Below are positions 34,227 through 48,278 of a stretch of DNA of 64,000 bases, piece after piece; positions within the stretch are counted from its first letter, which is position 1; the number at the start of each line of letters is the position of its first letter. The notes under the pieces are model-generated. The model saw nothing but the letters and a program-made list of their open reading frames with translations. It had not been told where the DNA came from and did not search any database. This DNA is from Octopus sinensis (Eukaryota), in contig NC_043013.1 of assembly GCF_006345805.1 (NCBI RefSeq), positions 55,862,001-55,926,000 of the forward strand, given 5' to 3'. The translations under genes were made by a program, and so were the position numbers.

Positions 34227-36619
34227 ACTTTCATGTTTCATGTTCCCTTCTCTGTAGTACAGTAGGTCAATTTGGGAGAGTGGTACTTTTAACTTAGCAA
34301 ACAGGAACATAGCCATATAATTACAATAGCTAAAATATTTCAGATCTAGAATCCAGCAGTGTGGTAGAGTGCTTAGACTTGAAAAGTATGTTTTGTATTA
34401 GCAATGGGCCGTAGATGTAAAGCCACTACCCTTCGGACCTTATAGTTAACAGTCAAAGGGTTCATAACTCTAATTTGATCCCTTTTGCTTCTTTCTGCTG
34501 CTTTTTTTCTTTTCCCGTTTTTCAACCTTCCACTTTTTACACCTTTTCTTGTTTTTCTTCTCTCGTCCCATCGTCCTATTTTTTGCTCGTTATGCCATGT
34601 TGGCATTACCTGAAGATTATGCTTAAGGCACCAGACATGTTAAGAGAAACTGTCATTGCGTGAAAATAGTAGATAAGTCGTCTTCATAACATATTTCTGT
34701 GCAGCAGACCTTTAGCTATTATTTCTAGCATAACGAGTTTCCTGGTGGGGGTTTCATTTGCCTTCGTTGCCTGTTTGTTGCTTCAGTAGAAATCTACGGA
34801 TGCACAAACGCACAAAAAGGAGAAAATAAAACAAATATGGACGACTTGTTCAGAAACACCTGCGAGTCAGGAACAGTTCTCAAAAATAGCCCCCAAAATT
34901 CCTATGTCTTCAGTTTATTTGTAGAGAATTTCATTAAAAAATATCCATTTTCTTGAAAGTTAAGACAAACTGAAGTGAACTCCAGTAAATTCTCCGAAAT
35001 TCCCCACCAAAACTCCTCCTAAAATACTTTCCTCCAAAATTTTGTATATTCGGAATCTACATGATATAACACATATTCGGAGACAATTTCATTAGAAGTT
35101 ATCCATTTCTATCTGAAGGTGGGGTTGGGGCAGAAATCTGTCTTTGAATCAAACACAAAAATATTTCAGTTGAAACAGATATTTGCAACAATTTCTTCCA
35201 AAAGATTTCGGAAAATCTGCTCAAAAAGAAACCAAAAATATTCCGTGAATCTTCTCAACTGCAAAAGCCTTTGTATCAATGATGGAAGTTTTTTCTTACC
35301 TTTTTGCTGAATTCATAAACTGACCGGTGGTAATAAAACGACACCTTTTAGTTTTCATCTCTGTTCATATATATTATACGAGTGTGTCGTACGCTACCGG
35401 TTCCATTAATCTCTCTCTCACTCACTCTATCTATCTGTCTCCTCTCGTCTCTCTCTCTCTCTTTCTCATTCTCCCTCTTTCTCTTCCTTCCCTGACGCTA
35501 CCCCTCACTTCCATTCTATTCTTTCATCTCTCACCCCGAACACCATTTATTGCCATATTCTTCTACAGCACCACATACTCTTTGTGTACCTGGATCTTTT
35601 GTCACCAGAGATAAAAGACTCTCAGACACACCTGCACGCAGAAGTCTGTCTCCAGTTTATTCCTCCAGAGGGAATTAAGATGGCATTGCTTTCTGTACTG
35701 ACCAGTTCTATACTACATGCACACACACACACACATACACGCTCGTAATTACCTGCATGTTTTCACATACCATTAAATCGAAGGAAATAAATAATCTATT
35801 CCCTCTTTAGTGTCATGAGTACAGGGAACAAACACAGACAACCATACACACACACACAATGGGCTTCTTTCAGTTTCCATCTGCCAAATCCATTGACAAG
35901 GCTTTAGCTGTCCTGAGGCTATAATAGAAGACTAAGGTGCAATGCAGTGGGACTGAACCCAGAGTGATGTGTTTGGAAAGCAAAATTTCTTACCACTCTG
36001 CCACAGCTGCACCAATTTTATTTTCAGTTTGGAAAATTGTTTTAATAAAAAATTGAAAAGAATAGAAAAAAAAATCACAAAATAATTTTCTCAGAAGACC
36101 TTAAAACCATTCCATATATTTGTGATTTTACCAGTAGAACAGAAAATGTCGCTTTTCTTGTTTTGCAGAAACATAATTAAGATTGTAGAACTAGAATATT
36201 AAGTTTGTAATTAAGATTTACACAATGTGTAATAGAGAGAAAAATCTAATATTTAGTTCTTTAAAGCAGGTGTCTAATGCTGGCGTGGAATAATACAAAT
36301 ATTATGAAAACTTTTGGTGAAATTGGAAGATTAAAATCTTAATTGCAAATTTTTACCAATTTGTAAGCCCAACACTATTTAAAATACAGCGAAATGTCAC
36401 AGATTAACATTAATTTGAAGAAATACGAAATTCTTTTTGAGCCATACGTAAACTGAGATGTGGAGTTTGGTAGTTGATGTGTATATGATGTTAAGTGACA
36501 TCTTAAATATATTGGATATCAATGTAGATGTAACAATAACAATAATGATAATAACTGTTGGAAACGAAACTGAAAGAAGAAAACTAACGATAATAATAAT
36601 AAGAAGAAGAATGATGACA

Positions 36620-36663
<44 letters not shown>

Positions 36664-39339
36664 AATAATAATAATAATAATAATTATGTCTTTAAATTAT
36701 ATCTCAAGTACTTCGCCAGTAAACGCAATTACAAACATGTTGACAATTTTCTCTAATGTTCAGCCATATTCATTTTCAGAATGATTATTTCAAATAAATA
36801 TATTTTCCTGCTGAGACTCACAGAGATTTTGTTTCTGGCATTATAGGAATACCATAAAATTCGCATTTAATTCCTCTCTTGACAAGCATAAAGTCTCTTA
36901 TGTGTTTGCTAAAATTTCTCATACATTTCACACAACTCATTCATCTGCCATTGCAGATGACTCGAGTCAAAGTGGTTGCTAGATATACCAGCTAAATCTC
37001 CTCCAGCTCTCAAACCATCATCATCATCATCATCATCTTTGTTTTAGTGTCCATTTACCCATGCTTGCATGGCTCACAAGAAATCAAGCTCAGATGCTCT
37101 TTGAGTCACCAAACCTCACCTGTTTCCAAGCAAGATATTTTTTAGTGGCTGAACATGTTTTTGTGGAAGATTGGAATGGAAGGTTATTGTGATGCTTGTT
37201 TATAGGTATCGTACTTACCATTTCAAGTTGAAAAAAAAAAACAATGTCATATTTGGAATCAGTGGCTGAAAATTAGCCTAAGACCACCTTTACCTTCACA
37301 AAACCAAATCTGTTGTTGGTTGGTGTTTTTGGAAATATTACACTCAGCATGCATTTTGATTTCAAATTCCTTTGAGGTTGACTTTGCCTTTCATCTTTTC
37401 AGGGTCAATAGAATAATTACCAGTTATGTACTTGGAGCCAATGTATTCAGCTTAACCCCCTCTCCTGAAATTGCTGGCCTCGTGCCTAAATTTGAAACCA
37501 ACATTACACTCAACATGAAGAAAGAAATAAACCTGATCTGGGACCTCAATAAATGGCTCAGTGTACTATGGTACCCCGTAATTCAAGAAAAAGAAAAAGA
37601 ATGTGGGAGCCATTTTATGGCTGCTTGATCTTCTAGAAATAGCAACTAAATCTCCTTAAAACTAACTACATCCTATCATCTTAAATGAGGAAAGGACACA
37701 TAGTATAATGTAGTTCAACCTGCTATATATAGCAGCCAAATCTTCCTCAAATCACTCTCTATCATTCCTTGCCTATTTGATAATTTAGTCATGGGCATAT
37801 TTCTCAAAAAAAGGCATGATCATGGTGTGAACTTCTTTGATTGAAGGTGACCTGGGGCTAAAAAATAACACCAACAGCAACACTGCTAAAACCTGCCTTC
37901 GATTTAAAAGTCTAGTTTAGTCCTTTATACTTAAGCTCCTGCCAATAAAATTTAATTATGTAAATTTTATGAAAATTACACAGCAACCAACACAACCGGA
38001 TAATTTCCTCCCATGGTGTCCTACTTAACACTGACTGTTTGCATCACACGATTAAAATAATTGACTAATTCAGTCCTAGTAGATGTGTGATGCCATGTAA
38101 TATGGTGTTTGGTCACAAAGTTACAAGTTGTTTTAAGGATACTAAAAATGGTGATTCTATATTCCCGATGTTATTCTTGTAAAATTATATAATTAACCCT
38201 TTCAGGAATCATTAACAATACTTTATATTCTTATGTTCAGGTGAAAAAATGTATTTGTCCTTTGCTGAATGAATCCAAATTTATTCCAGCAACTTGTATT
38301 ATCAAGCATGGCATGGGAGCATAAATCCATTAAATTGCTAACGGTTGCTAATAGATATTTTGGAATTCAAAGTTGTAAAATGTAGAGGACAACATTCCAC
38401 TGCTAAGAATAGGAACTTTAAACAAAAGACTCACGCAAGAAACTTCCAAACTGGATATTTCTTTTTTTACAGACTTCTCAGGAAACACAATTCTGTTGTT
38501 GTTAACATGAAGATCAAATTATTTCTCCTCCAAAATTCAATGATGTTGTGCAATAAAATGAATGTTATACTTATGTAACCACATGATTACTGCATGTGTG
38601 AGATGCAGAAAGACTGAATACTTTTGGTCATAGGCCTACTCTATAAGGGCTGACCAGGGGCTAAATAATTGTACATACATATGTGCACGCACACACACAC
38701 ACACATGCGGCTGTGTGGTTGAGAAGATTGCTTCTGTCTTGTAAGCAGGTATCAGTCCCTTGCAATAGTCTGTGAAATCATGTCTGCATTTGGGGAAAGA
38801 TTACTTTGCTTGGAAACGGGTGAAGGAAGGTTGGCAATGGGAAATATGGCATCCAGTTATAGATTCCACCTGACTCATTCAAGCATGGAAAAGCAGATGC
38901 CAAAATGTTGATGATGATGCTTGATGTGTGTGTGTGTGTGTGTGTGTACAGATTCTTCTGTTCTTTTGTTTGTTTCAGCACAAAGGATGTGGCCATGTTT
39001 TTCAATGGCCATGAGTTGTGACTGAGTCTCAAAGTCATGGTCTTTATTGCAGAGCCTGCGTAGATGGATAAATTGGAAGTAGGGAATGGAGAGCTTGGTG
39101 TGGGTAGGGTGGGAAGAGGAGAAGTTAAGGTAGGAGTGTGTTTGTTGTGGATGGAGGCAGTGAGAGCAGAACAGTGGATGCTGACAGAAATGTCAAGAAA
39201 TTCAACAAAAGAGTTAAAGGTAGCACAAGAGTATTCAAGGGCAGGATGGAAGGATTAGTGCTACTGGCGTGAATGCCAAGCAGCACAGCATGTCGTATCC
39301 AAGTTTCTGGTAGAGTGAATTGCATCATGGTGCTGTTTT

Positions 39340-39482
39340 TCTCACAGACGGTGCCCAACTGACTCTACTATACTGTGTAGTCAACAAAATCAAAAATAAA
39401 CAATGTGCATGCCCAAAATTAAAAATATAAAATGGCAACAATTTACCCATTGCACCCTGTATATATATATATACATATACGT

Positions 39483-39517
<35 letters not shown>

Positions 39518-39880
39518 CATATACATACACACACACACACATATATATATACATATACATACACACACACACACACATATATATACATATACATACACAC
39601 ACACACACACATATATATATACATATACATACACACACATATATATATATACATGCATATATATAAATAATATATATGTATTATTTATATATATATATAA
39701 ATAATATATATATTATCTCTCTCTCTATATATATATATACATACAAAGAAACATACATACATGCATATATATATATATACATATACATATACACACACAT
39801 ATATATACACATATGTATACATGTATAAATACACACATATATAAATAAATAATATATATACACTTTATATATACATATAT
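39340..39880. repeat. Compound (TA)n/(CA)n micro/minisatellite
   Basis: Repeated roughly 35-bp units catatatatatacatatacatacacacacacaca. Confidence 0.9.
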
Positions 39881-42265
39881 ATCATCATCATCATCATCGT
39901 TTAGCATCTGCTTTCCATGCTAGCAAGGGTTGGACAGTTCAACTGGGGTCTGGCAAGCCAGAAGGCTGCACCAGGCCCAGTCTGATCTGGTAATGTTTCT
40001 ACGGCTAGATGCCCTTCCGAATGCCAACCACTCCGTGAGTGTAGTGGGTATTTTTTACGTGCCACCGGCACGGGAGCCAGGCGAGGCTGGCAACAGACAC
40101 GATCGGATGGTGCTTTTTACATGCCACCGGCATGAGGCCAAATGGGGCGGAGCTGGCAATGGCCACGTTTGGATGGTTCTCTTATGTACCACAGGCACTG
40201 GTATCACAGCTGCAATTTCCATTGATGTTGATCGATTTTGATTTCGATTTTGATTTTGATTTTGATTCTGATTCTGATTTCTCACTTGCCTCAACATGTC
40301 TTCACAAGTAGAGTTTTGTGTCCCAAGAAGGAAAGGTATGATTAAGTGGACTGGCTACATCCCAAGTAGAGGCCACGGGTTACGGTCTCACTTGTCCTGC
40401 AGGGTCTTCTCATGCACAGCATACTTCCAAATGTCTCAGTCTCTAGTCATTTCCTCGGTGAGACCTAAAGTTCGAAGGTCGTGCTTCACCACCTCATCCC
40501 AGATTTTCCTGGGTCTGTCACTTCCACAGGTTCCCTCAACCGCTAGGGTGTGGCACTTTTTCACACAACTATCAACATCCATTCTTGCCACATGACCGTA
40601 CCAGCACAAACGTCTCTCTTGCACACCACAACTGATGCTTCTTAGGTCCAAATTTTCTCTCAAGGTACTTACACTCTGTCGAGTATGCACACTGACATTA
40701 CACATCCATCGGAGCATACTGGCTTCATTTCTCGCGAGCTTACGCATATCCTCAGCAGTCACAGCCCATGTTTCACTGCCATGTAGCATGGCTGTTTGTA
40801 CACATGCGTCATACAGTCTGCCTTTTACTCTGAGCGAGAGGCCTTTAGTCACCAGCAGAGGTAAGAGCTCTCTGAACTTTGCCCAAGCTATTCTTACTCT
40901 AGCAGTTACACTTTCAGCACACCTGTCCCCGCTACTGACTTGGTCATCTAGGTAATGGAAGCTATCAACTATTTCTAGTTTTTCTCCCTGGAATGTGGCA
41001 GAAATTGGTCTCAGACCATTTTCAGTGTTTATTGCTCCTGAGCATCTGCCACATACAAAAACTATCTTCCTAGTTAGCCTTCCTTTGACATTGCTACACC
41101 TCTTATGTGTCCATAGCTTACACTTGGTTCATCTTATTGAGTTTCTACCTATGCCTTTTCTACAGATCGAGCAGGGCCATCTACCTGAAGGCGTTTGTGA
41201 TTTGTCTACCTTCCTACTTATTAGGACTTTGGTTTTAGCTAGGTTGACTCTAAGGCCCTTCGATTCTAATCCTTGCTTCTGCACCTGAAACTTCTCCTCC
41301 AGTTCTGATAGTGACTTAGCAATTAGAGCAAGGTCATCAGCATAGAGGAGCTCCCAGGGGCATCCTGTCTTGAATTCCTCCATTTTTGTCTGGAGGAATA
41401 TGATAAATAGGAGGGGGCTGAGGACTGAACCTTGGTGGACCCGTACCTCTACCCAGAATTCTTCACTGTACTCATTGCGAACCCTCACCTTACTAGCCGC
41501 GTCCCTGTAACATGGCTCGCACAGCTCTCACTAACCATTCATCTATCCCTAGTTTCCTCATTGACCACCAGATAAGGGATCAGGAGACCCTATCGAAGGC
41601 TTTCTCCATGTCAACGAAAGTCAGATACAGGGGCTTATCTTTGGCTAGGTATTTCTCCTGCAGCTGCCTTACCTGGAATATAGCATCCGTAGTACTTTTC
41701 CTGGCACGAAACCAAACTGCATCTCATCCAAACTAACTCTCTCTCTAATTAGTTGGGCTATGACCCTCTCTGTGACCTTCATTACCTGATCCAACAGCTT
41801 GATACCTCTTATTTGTATCTAGGGCATCACCTTTACCTTTGTAGCAGTTGACTATTATGCTGCTACACCAGACATTGGGTATGACTCCTTCGTGTATCAC
41901 CTGGTTAACTATACGGCTGACTAGGCTAATACCGACACTACCAGATATTTTGAGCATCTCTGCAGTAATTCCTGATGTGCCTGGCGCTTTCCCTGTCTTC
42001 ATGCTTCTAATTGCCTTAACTACCAAAGAACTGTCAACTCGGATAGCTGGTCCCTCTGTTGGGTTGACATTCGGCAGACTCTCTTTATCCCATTCATTTT
42101 CTTTATTCAGCAACCTTTCATAGTGGCGTCTCCAAACCTCTCTCTTTGCATCCTCATTTAGTGCAAGTGAACCATCATCCATGCGAACACATTTCTCTGC
42201 TACCACATCACGATTCTCTCTCACACACTGAAGTCTTTGGTTCTCATGGTGCAGAACATTAGCAA
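39881..42265 (-). mobile_element. RTE-clade LINE, 5'-truncated, about 2.4 kb, frameshifted
   Basis: ORFs 41745-42299, 41129-41488 (VHQGSVLSP, LLYADD) and 40436-40852; (CAT)n tail at 39881-39898; both ends abut (TA)n. Confidence 0.95.
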
Positions 42266-42900
42266 ATTTATATATATATATATATGTGATGTTAATCATT
42301 GGTATTAAGTATATTAGTTTGATATTTCAGAGTCCAGCATGGGAAGATGAGGCATTAAACAAGAAAGACATTGATGAAAGTTACTTTTGTAAAATATAAA
42401 AGAACTACAGCACCCAGCAACATAGAAGACCTCTTAGTGCCAATAAGATTGTACATTACCAAGATCAGACGGTTATTATTGGCAAAAGTGCTTGAAGCTT
42501 GTTATTAGACAGTGGAAGTAAATTTTTTCTTGTAATTAAATCACATTTATTGGATGCTCCTGGAAGCATTTAATCCATATTTGACGCTATATCATGTTTA
42601 ACAAAGATGAATATTCCAAATATTTCTGATGCCATTTAGTCTTTGATTATTCCTTTTTTGTTTTGGGAAGATGATTTATTTATTAATTTATTTATATATT
42701 TTGTTTTATTGTTTCAGGGAGAATTATTGCATTTTAAGAAATAAATTAATATCTAAAAGAGTTTTTATTGAGATGTTGTTGGTTAGGTCTTGAGACATCA
42801 AGACAGGCCTAAGAAATTAGGATTATATAAATTCAGAGATTTATGATATGTGTATACATTTGCGAGTATGTGTGTGTGTGTGTGTGTGTATGCATGTCAG

Positions 42901-43742
42901 TATAGTTAGACAAGTAAGACACGACAATCTATATTGACTACTCAACTGACACTCTCTCAACTTCCTACGTCACAGTATTTGTAGTGACTAGAACATACCA
43001 CTTGCCACATGGGAGAGGTGTTCTATCATCATTATTATCCTCCCCATAACATATCCCCTTTTAAGATTTTCCTTTTTTCTTAGGGAGTATAATTTTATTT
43101 CTTTTTATTAACAATTTTTACATCACCCCACCTCCCTTTTTTGAGGATTTTTTTCTGTTTTGATACTGTTACAAATTTAATGTTTTTCATTTGGCATCCA
43201 CATCCAAGAACTCCATATATTTTCTCTTCCTTTTGCTTGTGTGTCTGGGTTCAATTATTTGTAGTGATGTTCGTACTTGAAAAGTATTATCTAACCATTT
43301 CTTTGGTTCTTCCACTTTCTTAGGTTCAAGAAAACATTAATTTTAGCATTTTTGATGACTTACTATTCATTAATTGTAGCATTTATTGCTGTAATAGTAA
43401 TTGTTGTTCTTTTTATTTCAGTTGTTATTGTTGCTGTTTTTGCAACTCAAGCAAACCGGTCGACAATTCTTCCATAATTTTATGATTTTGTATACCATAA
43501 AATTTGGACAAAAAACTTTTGTCAGTTTCGTTACTTTTTGTGAGTTTGTTAAATACTCATTGCCAATGTTGTAATCCTTTGTTGGGCTGTTATAACACCC
43601 AGTCTGGTATAGCAATATAGTTATTTAGACAAGTAAGACATGACTATCTATATCAACTTCCTATGTCACGATATTTGTAGCAACTAGAACATACCACTCA
43701 TCACATGAGATGGGTGTTCCATTATTACTATTATCCCCATAA
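42901..43742. repeat. Imperfect direct repeat pair (42901-43049 and 43616-43742)
   Basis: Both read tatagtt..agacaagtaagaca.gac.atctatat...caacttcctaygtcac..tatttgtag..actagaacataccac...ggtgttc...cccataa; the second has a deletion of about 24 bp. Confidence 0.8.
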
Positions 43743-45039
43743 TAGGTAGCAATATGTATGTTATAGAAATTTAAAGTGTTTTTGTGAAGCTACTGAGACA
43801 TGGTAACAAGAATTTTTTATCTGTGAATTTTAATTATTTTATTACCAATTTTATGATGATTTAGAAATTGTTAAAGAATGAGTAATAAATTTACTCCTGG
43901 TGAAGCAGGCAATAGAGTGACCAAGGAAGAAAGTGAACCATCTAGAAAGGATTTAGTTGTGAGGACTTTATCATGAACTTTTCAGGTGTTTCATTGGAAT
44001 GAAAGTTGGGTGTATTGATAGTTACAACCTCAGAATTCCCAGACTTTTGAAAATGACAGCTACAAGGGTAGACTGAAATGGTCATAGGCTGTTGAAAAAT
44101 GAACCTCATTTTGTCACATCTTATGAGAGCATCTTTGTCAGCCTCCGAACTCTTCAGTTGTATGTAGCTGTTGTGATTTCAGTAAGAAATATTTTTCAGC
44201 ATTGTGTTGAGTGAAGGCAGCTGGTAATGAGAAGGTTGTTTTGTTCATGGGTTTTGAAAGGCATAATTACCTGTTACCATTACTACCATTCTATGGAATT
44301 GTAATTCAGAAGCATAGTTTTAGAGACTGCTTTTCCTCTAATTTCGTTCATGCAGTTCACAAACAGGAAGATATCTTGAACCTTTCTGCTGATGACTTGA
44401 AGGTGATATTAATTTTCAACAAGGAGTTTGCTCCTCCCAGCAGCAATCAACTTGTCAGTTAATTATGATAAAATTAGGCACATATTTTGCGATTCAAAAT
44501 TACTTCATGATACCTCTGGTGTTTCAAAGAATAATTGGAGGGTACAGGAGATTATAGCAAAAAAAAATATTCAAAAGTTGTTATGGTGGTAGAAGAGGAC
44601 AACCTTAGGGAATACACAGGAGGAAAAAGAACTCTCAAGAACAATGAATGTCACTGCTCTGAGTAAGCAATGTGTAATTTAGCAGCTTCAAGAAAGGCAC
44701 TGAAGACTACACATCCAGTCACTTCCCTGGAAAAGGAAAAAGAAGACTTCTTTATGATGTGGAGATACAATCTCATTTTGAAGAATTCAAGGTAAATGAT
44801 TTTCCTTGCGTATTTCAGAAAAATAAGTAAAACAGCTGGATGTACCCGTCTTTTGATGATAGTTGTTGCTCTGACAGATATTATTATATTCTGAAGTCGT
44901 CAATAGAATGGTTCTATCTGGTACTGTATGACCCCAGTTGTACAGTGTTATTATCCTCAAAGGGTTGGATCCTTATAACGTCCACTCAGTATCACAGTGT
45001 AATTATTATATCAGCACAGACACGACTATCAACACGGTC

Positions 45040-45480
45040 AACATGTACTCTCAGTACTTTTGACCTTCTCTTGATAACTAGCTACTTGTCCATTTATAAT
45101 GACTGGCTTCTACCACTTTTTACCAGGAGGGGTGTATAGTTTCACTGTACAACACCCTGTTAACCTTCCTCTGATTTTGCTGCATAACTTACACTGGGTA
45201 AACTTATGGAGTTTCTACCGATACCTTTTCTACAAATTAAGCAGGTCTGTCTACGTGAAGAGATTTCTGACTTGCCTGCTCTCCTACTTACTAAGACTTT
45301 GGTTGTTGCTGGATTAACTCTTAGGCCTTTTGATTCTGAATCTTGCTTCCACACCTGAAATTTCTTTAGTTCTAGCTGTGATTGAGCTATAAGAACAAGG
45401 ACTTCAACATAGAAGAACCCCCAAGGACAGCCTTAAATTCTTCTGTTATTGCCAGGAGGACTATGCTGAACAAGAGGGGA
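45040..45480 (-). mobile_element. Older decayed RTE RT fragment
   Basis: WKQDSESKGLRVNPATTKVLVS...TCLICRKGIGRNSI; upstream homology to the YADD region. Confidence 0.75.
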
Positions 45481-45489
45481 CTATATATA

Positions 45490-46957
45490 AACCACTATTC
45501 AAAACTCTAAAGCCACATGCTTTTTAAGTTATTTAGAAATTTAGCACTGTTTTTAAATGGACCAAGGAGCATGACATATTGTAAATGGATATTTTGAAAT
45601 GTAAACCTTGTACCTTTATTATCTCATTACAACACCTGATTTTCCAATTTTCCCAAGCATATCAACACTTCAAAACTATAAAGCCACAAATACATTTTCA
45701 TTTCTTTCCAGATTGTTTTGGAAAATATTCCACCCGTTGATAGTCACAGTGATCCAGATTACATTTCTAGGATGCCTAAAGCTACAAAGCTTTCCAAACT
45801 TGAGCAAGGGAAGACTCTTGCACTGAAAGTGGAAGGAATGAGTAACTGGAAGATTACCAAGAAGATTTGGCAAAGCAGGATGCCAGTGGACAATTTTCTG
45901 AAAGATCCTGACGGCTACAACAGGGTTCAAGCTGTTGGACGTCCAGGGCCATTGTCAGAGCTGTGAAGAAGTCATGGAGCTCTTCTGTTTCCAAAATCAA
46001 AGTATCAGCAAGAGTAGGAGCCTTGACATCCATTGTAAGAAGGGTGGTTTCGAAGCATGGTTTCCTCCTGAAGAAGCAGCTAAGGCATCCGTTATTGTCC
46101 CCTTCTCACAGAGGTGTTAGATTTGAGTTTGTTTGGTAGCATCAAACTTGGGATGGTGAATGGACCAAGGTTCTGTTCTGAGATGAGGGAAAATGGAATT
46201 TGGATAGCCCTGACGGTTATAAGTATCACTGGACAGATGAATGTATATAAAATTCTACTTATTCGAAGCAGCAGAACAGTGAAGGAGGTCTTATGGTGTG
46301 GGGAGGAATATTTGTGCCAATGGGAAGCTTCCACTTGTCATCATGGATGGCCATTTCAATACTGCACAATACATCGATATGTTGGACCGGGCTCACATTA
46401 ATGGAGAAGGAAGAAGGCTCCATGGCAAGAACTTCATATTTCAACAAGACAATGCTCCTATTCATAAAGCAAAGGCAACTTGGGATTTCCTCCAAGCAAT
46501 TGGGATTGAGGTCATGCCATGACCAGCAAGAAGTTATGACCTTAATCCTATAGAGAATGCCTGGGGATTATCTCACAAATGTTGTGTGTAGGGAAGGCAA
46601 GCACTATCCATCAGGTGATGGACTAGAAATGGCAGTAAAGCAGCTTCCACTTGATCTTCTACAGAAGTTGATTGGGAGCATAAAATCCTGTGTCTTTGAA
46701 GTAATTCAGACAGGAGGTGGCGGCCAAACTCTTTTGTAACATTATTCAACCTGCAGTCATAGTTTTGATCAGTTTCCAGCTCTGTATGTTGTTTTGAATT
46801 ATGATCTAATTTATTTCTGTATTTCAATAAATTTGAATATTGCAATACCTTCTTCAATTCCGTTTCCTATCTGGAGCTGATTTTCATAAATTTGGGAAGT
46901 AGAGTTTGTCAGAAAAAAACAGACAATGCATTGGCTTTATAGTTTTGAAGAGCAGTT
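45490..46957 (+). mobile_element. Tc1/mariner superfamily DD34E transposon (Tc3-like), full length, decayed
   Basis: 26-bp TIRs 45490-45515 and 46932-46957 (22/26 match), TA at 45488-89 and 46958-59; transposase remnants inside. Confidence 0.85.
45772..46739 (+). pseudogene. Tc3-like transposase pseudogene
   Basis: MPKATKLSKLEQGKTLAL...NFLKDPDGY (HTH-like N-terminus); WTKVLF*DEGKWNLDSPDG; FQQDNAPIH; SYDLNPIENAWG. There are 34 residues between the second D and the E. Confidence 0.85.
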
Positions 46958-48198
46958 TAGTTATATATTATTTTAAACAATTGGAACAGAATCAAACCAT
47001 TTTAGATGATGCACATAACACCTACTAAATGTGTGGAGTGCTCTTTTCTTTCATTTCTCCACTCATCCATATATATTTATATATATATATATATATTTAT
47101 TTATATATGTTTGTATGTTTTATATAATTATATGATGTTTGTAACGTTTTCTGTAAATTTGCTGTGGCTTATCAAGCTCATCGCCCCCTTTATATATTTC
47201 CACTGCCATATACAGCAGTAATCCTTACCTTCAGTTCACTTGGACACTCTTTTGCCTGATTAGTATGTTTTATTGAGGGTTCACTGTATTTATATAAATA
47301 TTTATTTTCTTTCGGAGCTCATAATGAAATTTTAACTTCGCATTAAAAAAATATGTAAAGATCAATATTTATACAAATTCTTTAGAGAAAACCTCAGAAG
47401 AATTTATATAAATATTAATGTTGGCAACTCCTAAATAAGCAGTCTTTTTTTTAATATTAATGATATCTGAATATAAAAAAATAGCCCCAAGTTGAAATAA
47501 GGATGCAACAATGTGATATTGATAAATAATTTAGATGAAGATACACTAATCTAATCAAATAATTATTAATATCAACATTGTATAATTATCAAAATTACAA
47601 TCAAATGTGGTGACGGGGTGAGATCATATTCCAGCATGTTCACACTTGTACAAGGGTTCAAGCAAGATTGAAAGTATTCAAGTGATATTAGATATTGCAG
47701 ATCCATCAAACCTATGACAACAACAAAAAACACACTCAGGGAAATAACGGAGAGGATCAATATAATGGTGAAGAGGATTAATCAAATCAGTTCTAGTTGT
47801 TCAAGCCATAATTTCTGTGGCTGAATATTCATTTATAAATTCAAAACCATCCTTCTTAAGTTGAAAACATTCTCAACATTTAGGCACCAGAATTTCTCTT
47901 CTTACCACACTTTGGGATATCTTCACAGTAACCCCAGAAATGGTTATGTAACCTTCAGGACCATAAATCAAAGAAATGTTCCTGGTTATGGGACTAACCA
48001 GTGGCAGCCACACATGGAGGGAGATTTATAAACTGAGATTAAGTCATTACTTCATGTGTGAGTGTATGTGTGCATGTGTATGTGTGTGTGACTGTATATG
48101 CATGTGTGTGGGTGCATGAGTGTTAGTCACATGTATAAATTTCTTAGAATGATATATATTCAGCCATGCTCTACCACGTGTTTGTGTGTGTTTGTGTG

Positions 48199-48233
<35 letters not shown>

Positions 48234-48245
48234 GTTGTGTGTTTG

Positions 48246-48278
<33 letters not shown>

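Noticed and set aside
34605-34665. CTGAAGA...GAAAC-T-GTC motif
   Set aside because: Neither stem I nor stem II pairs convincingly; probably chance or too decayed.
35240-35400. Minus-strand AAG|GTAAG donor with a short upstream ATG frame in a CpG-richer patch
   Set aside because: A single splice-like motif is not enough to call an exon or promoter.
47572-47830. Hydrophobic minus-strand peptide ending ...YFQSCLNPC, reminiscent of GPCR TM6-TM7
   Set aside because: Upstream in-frame stop, no CWxP or NPxxY, and T-rich DNA gives hydrophobic runs by chance.
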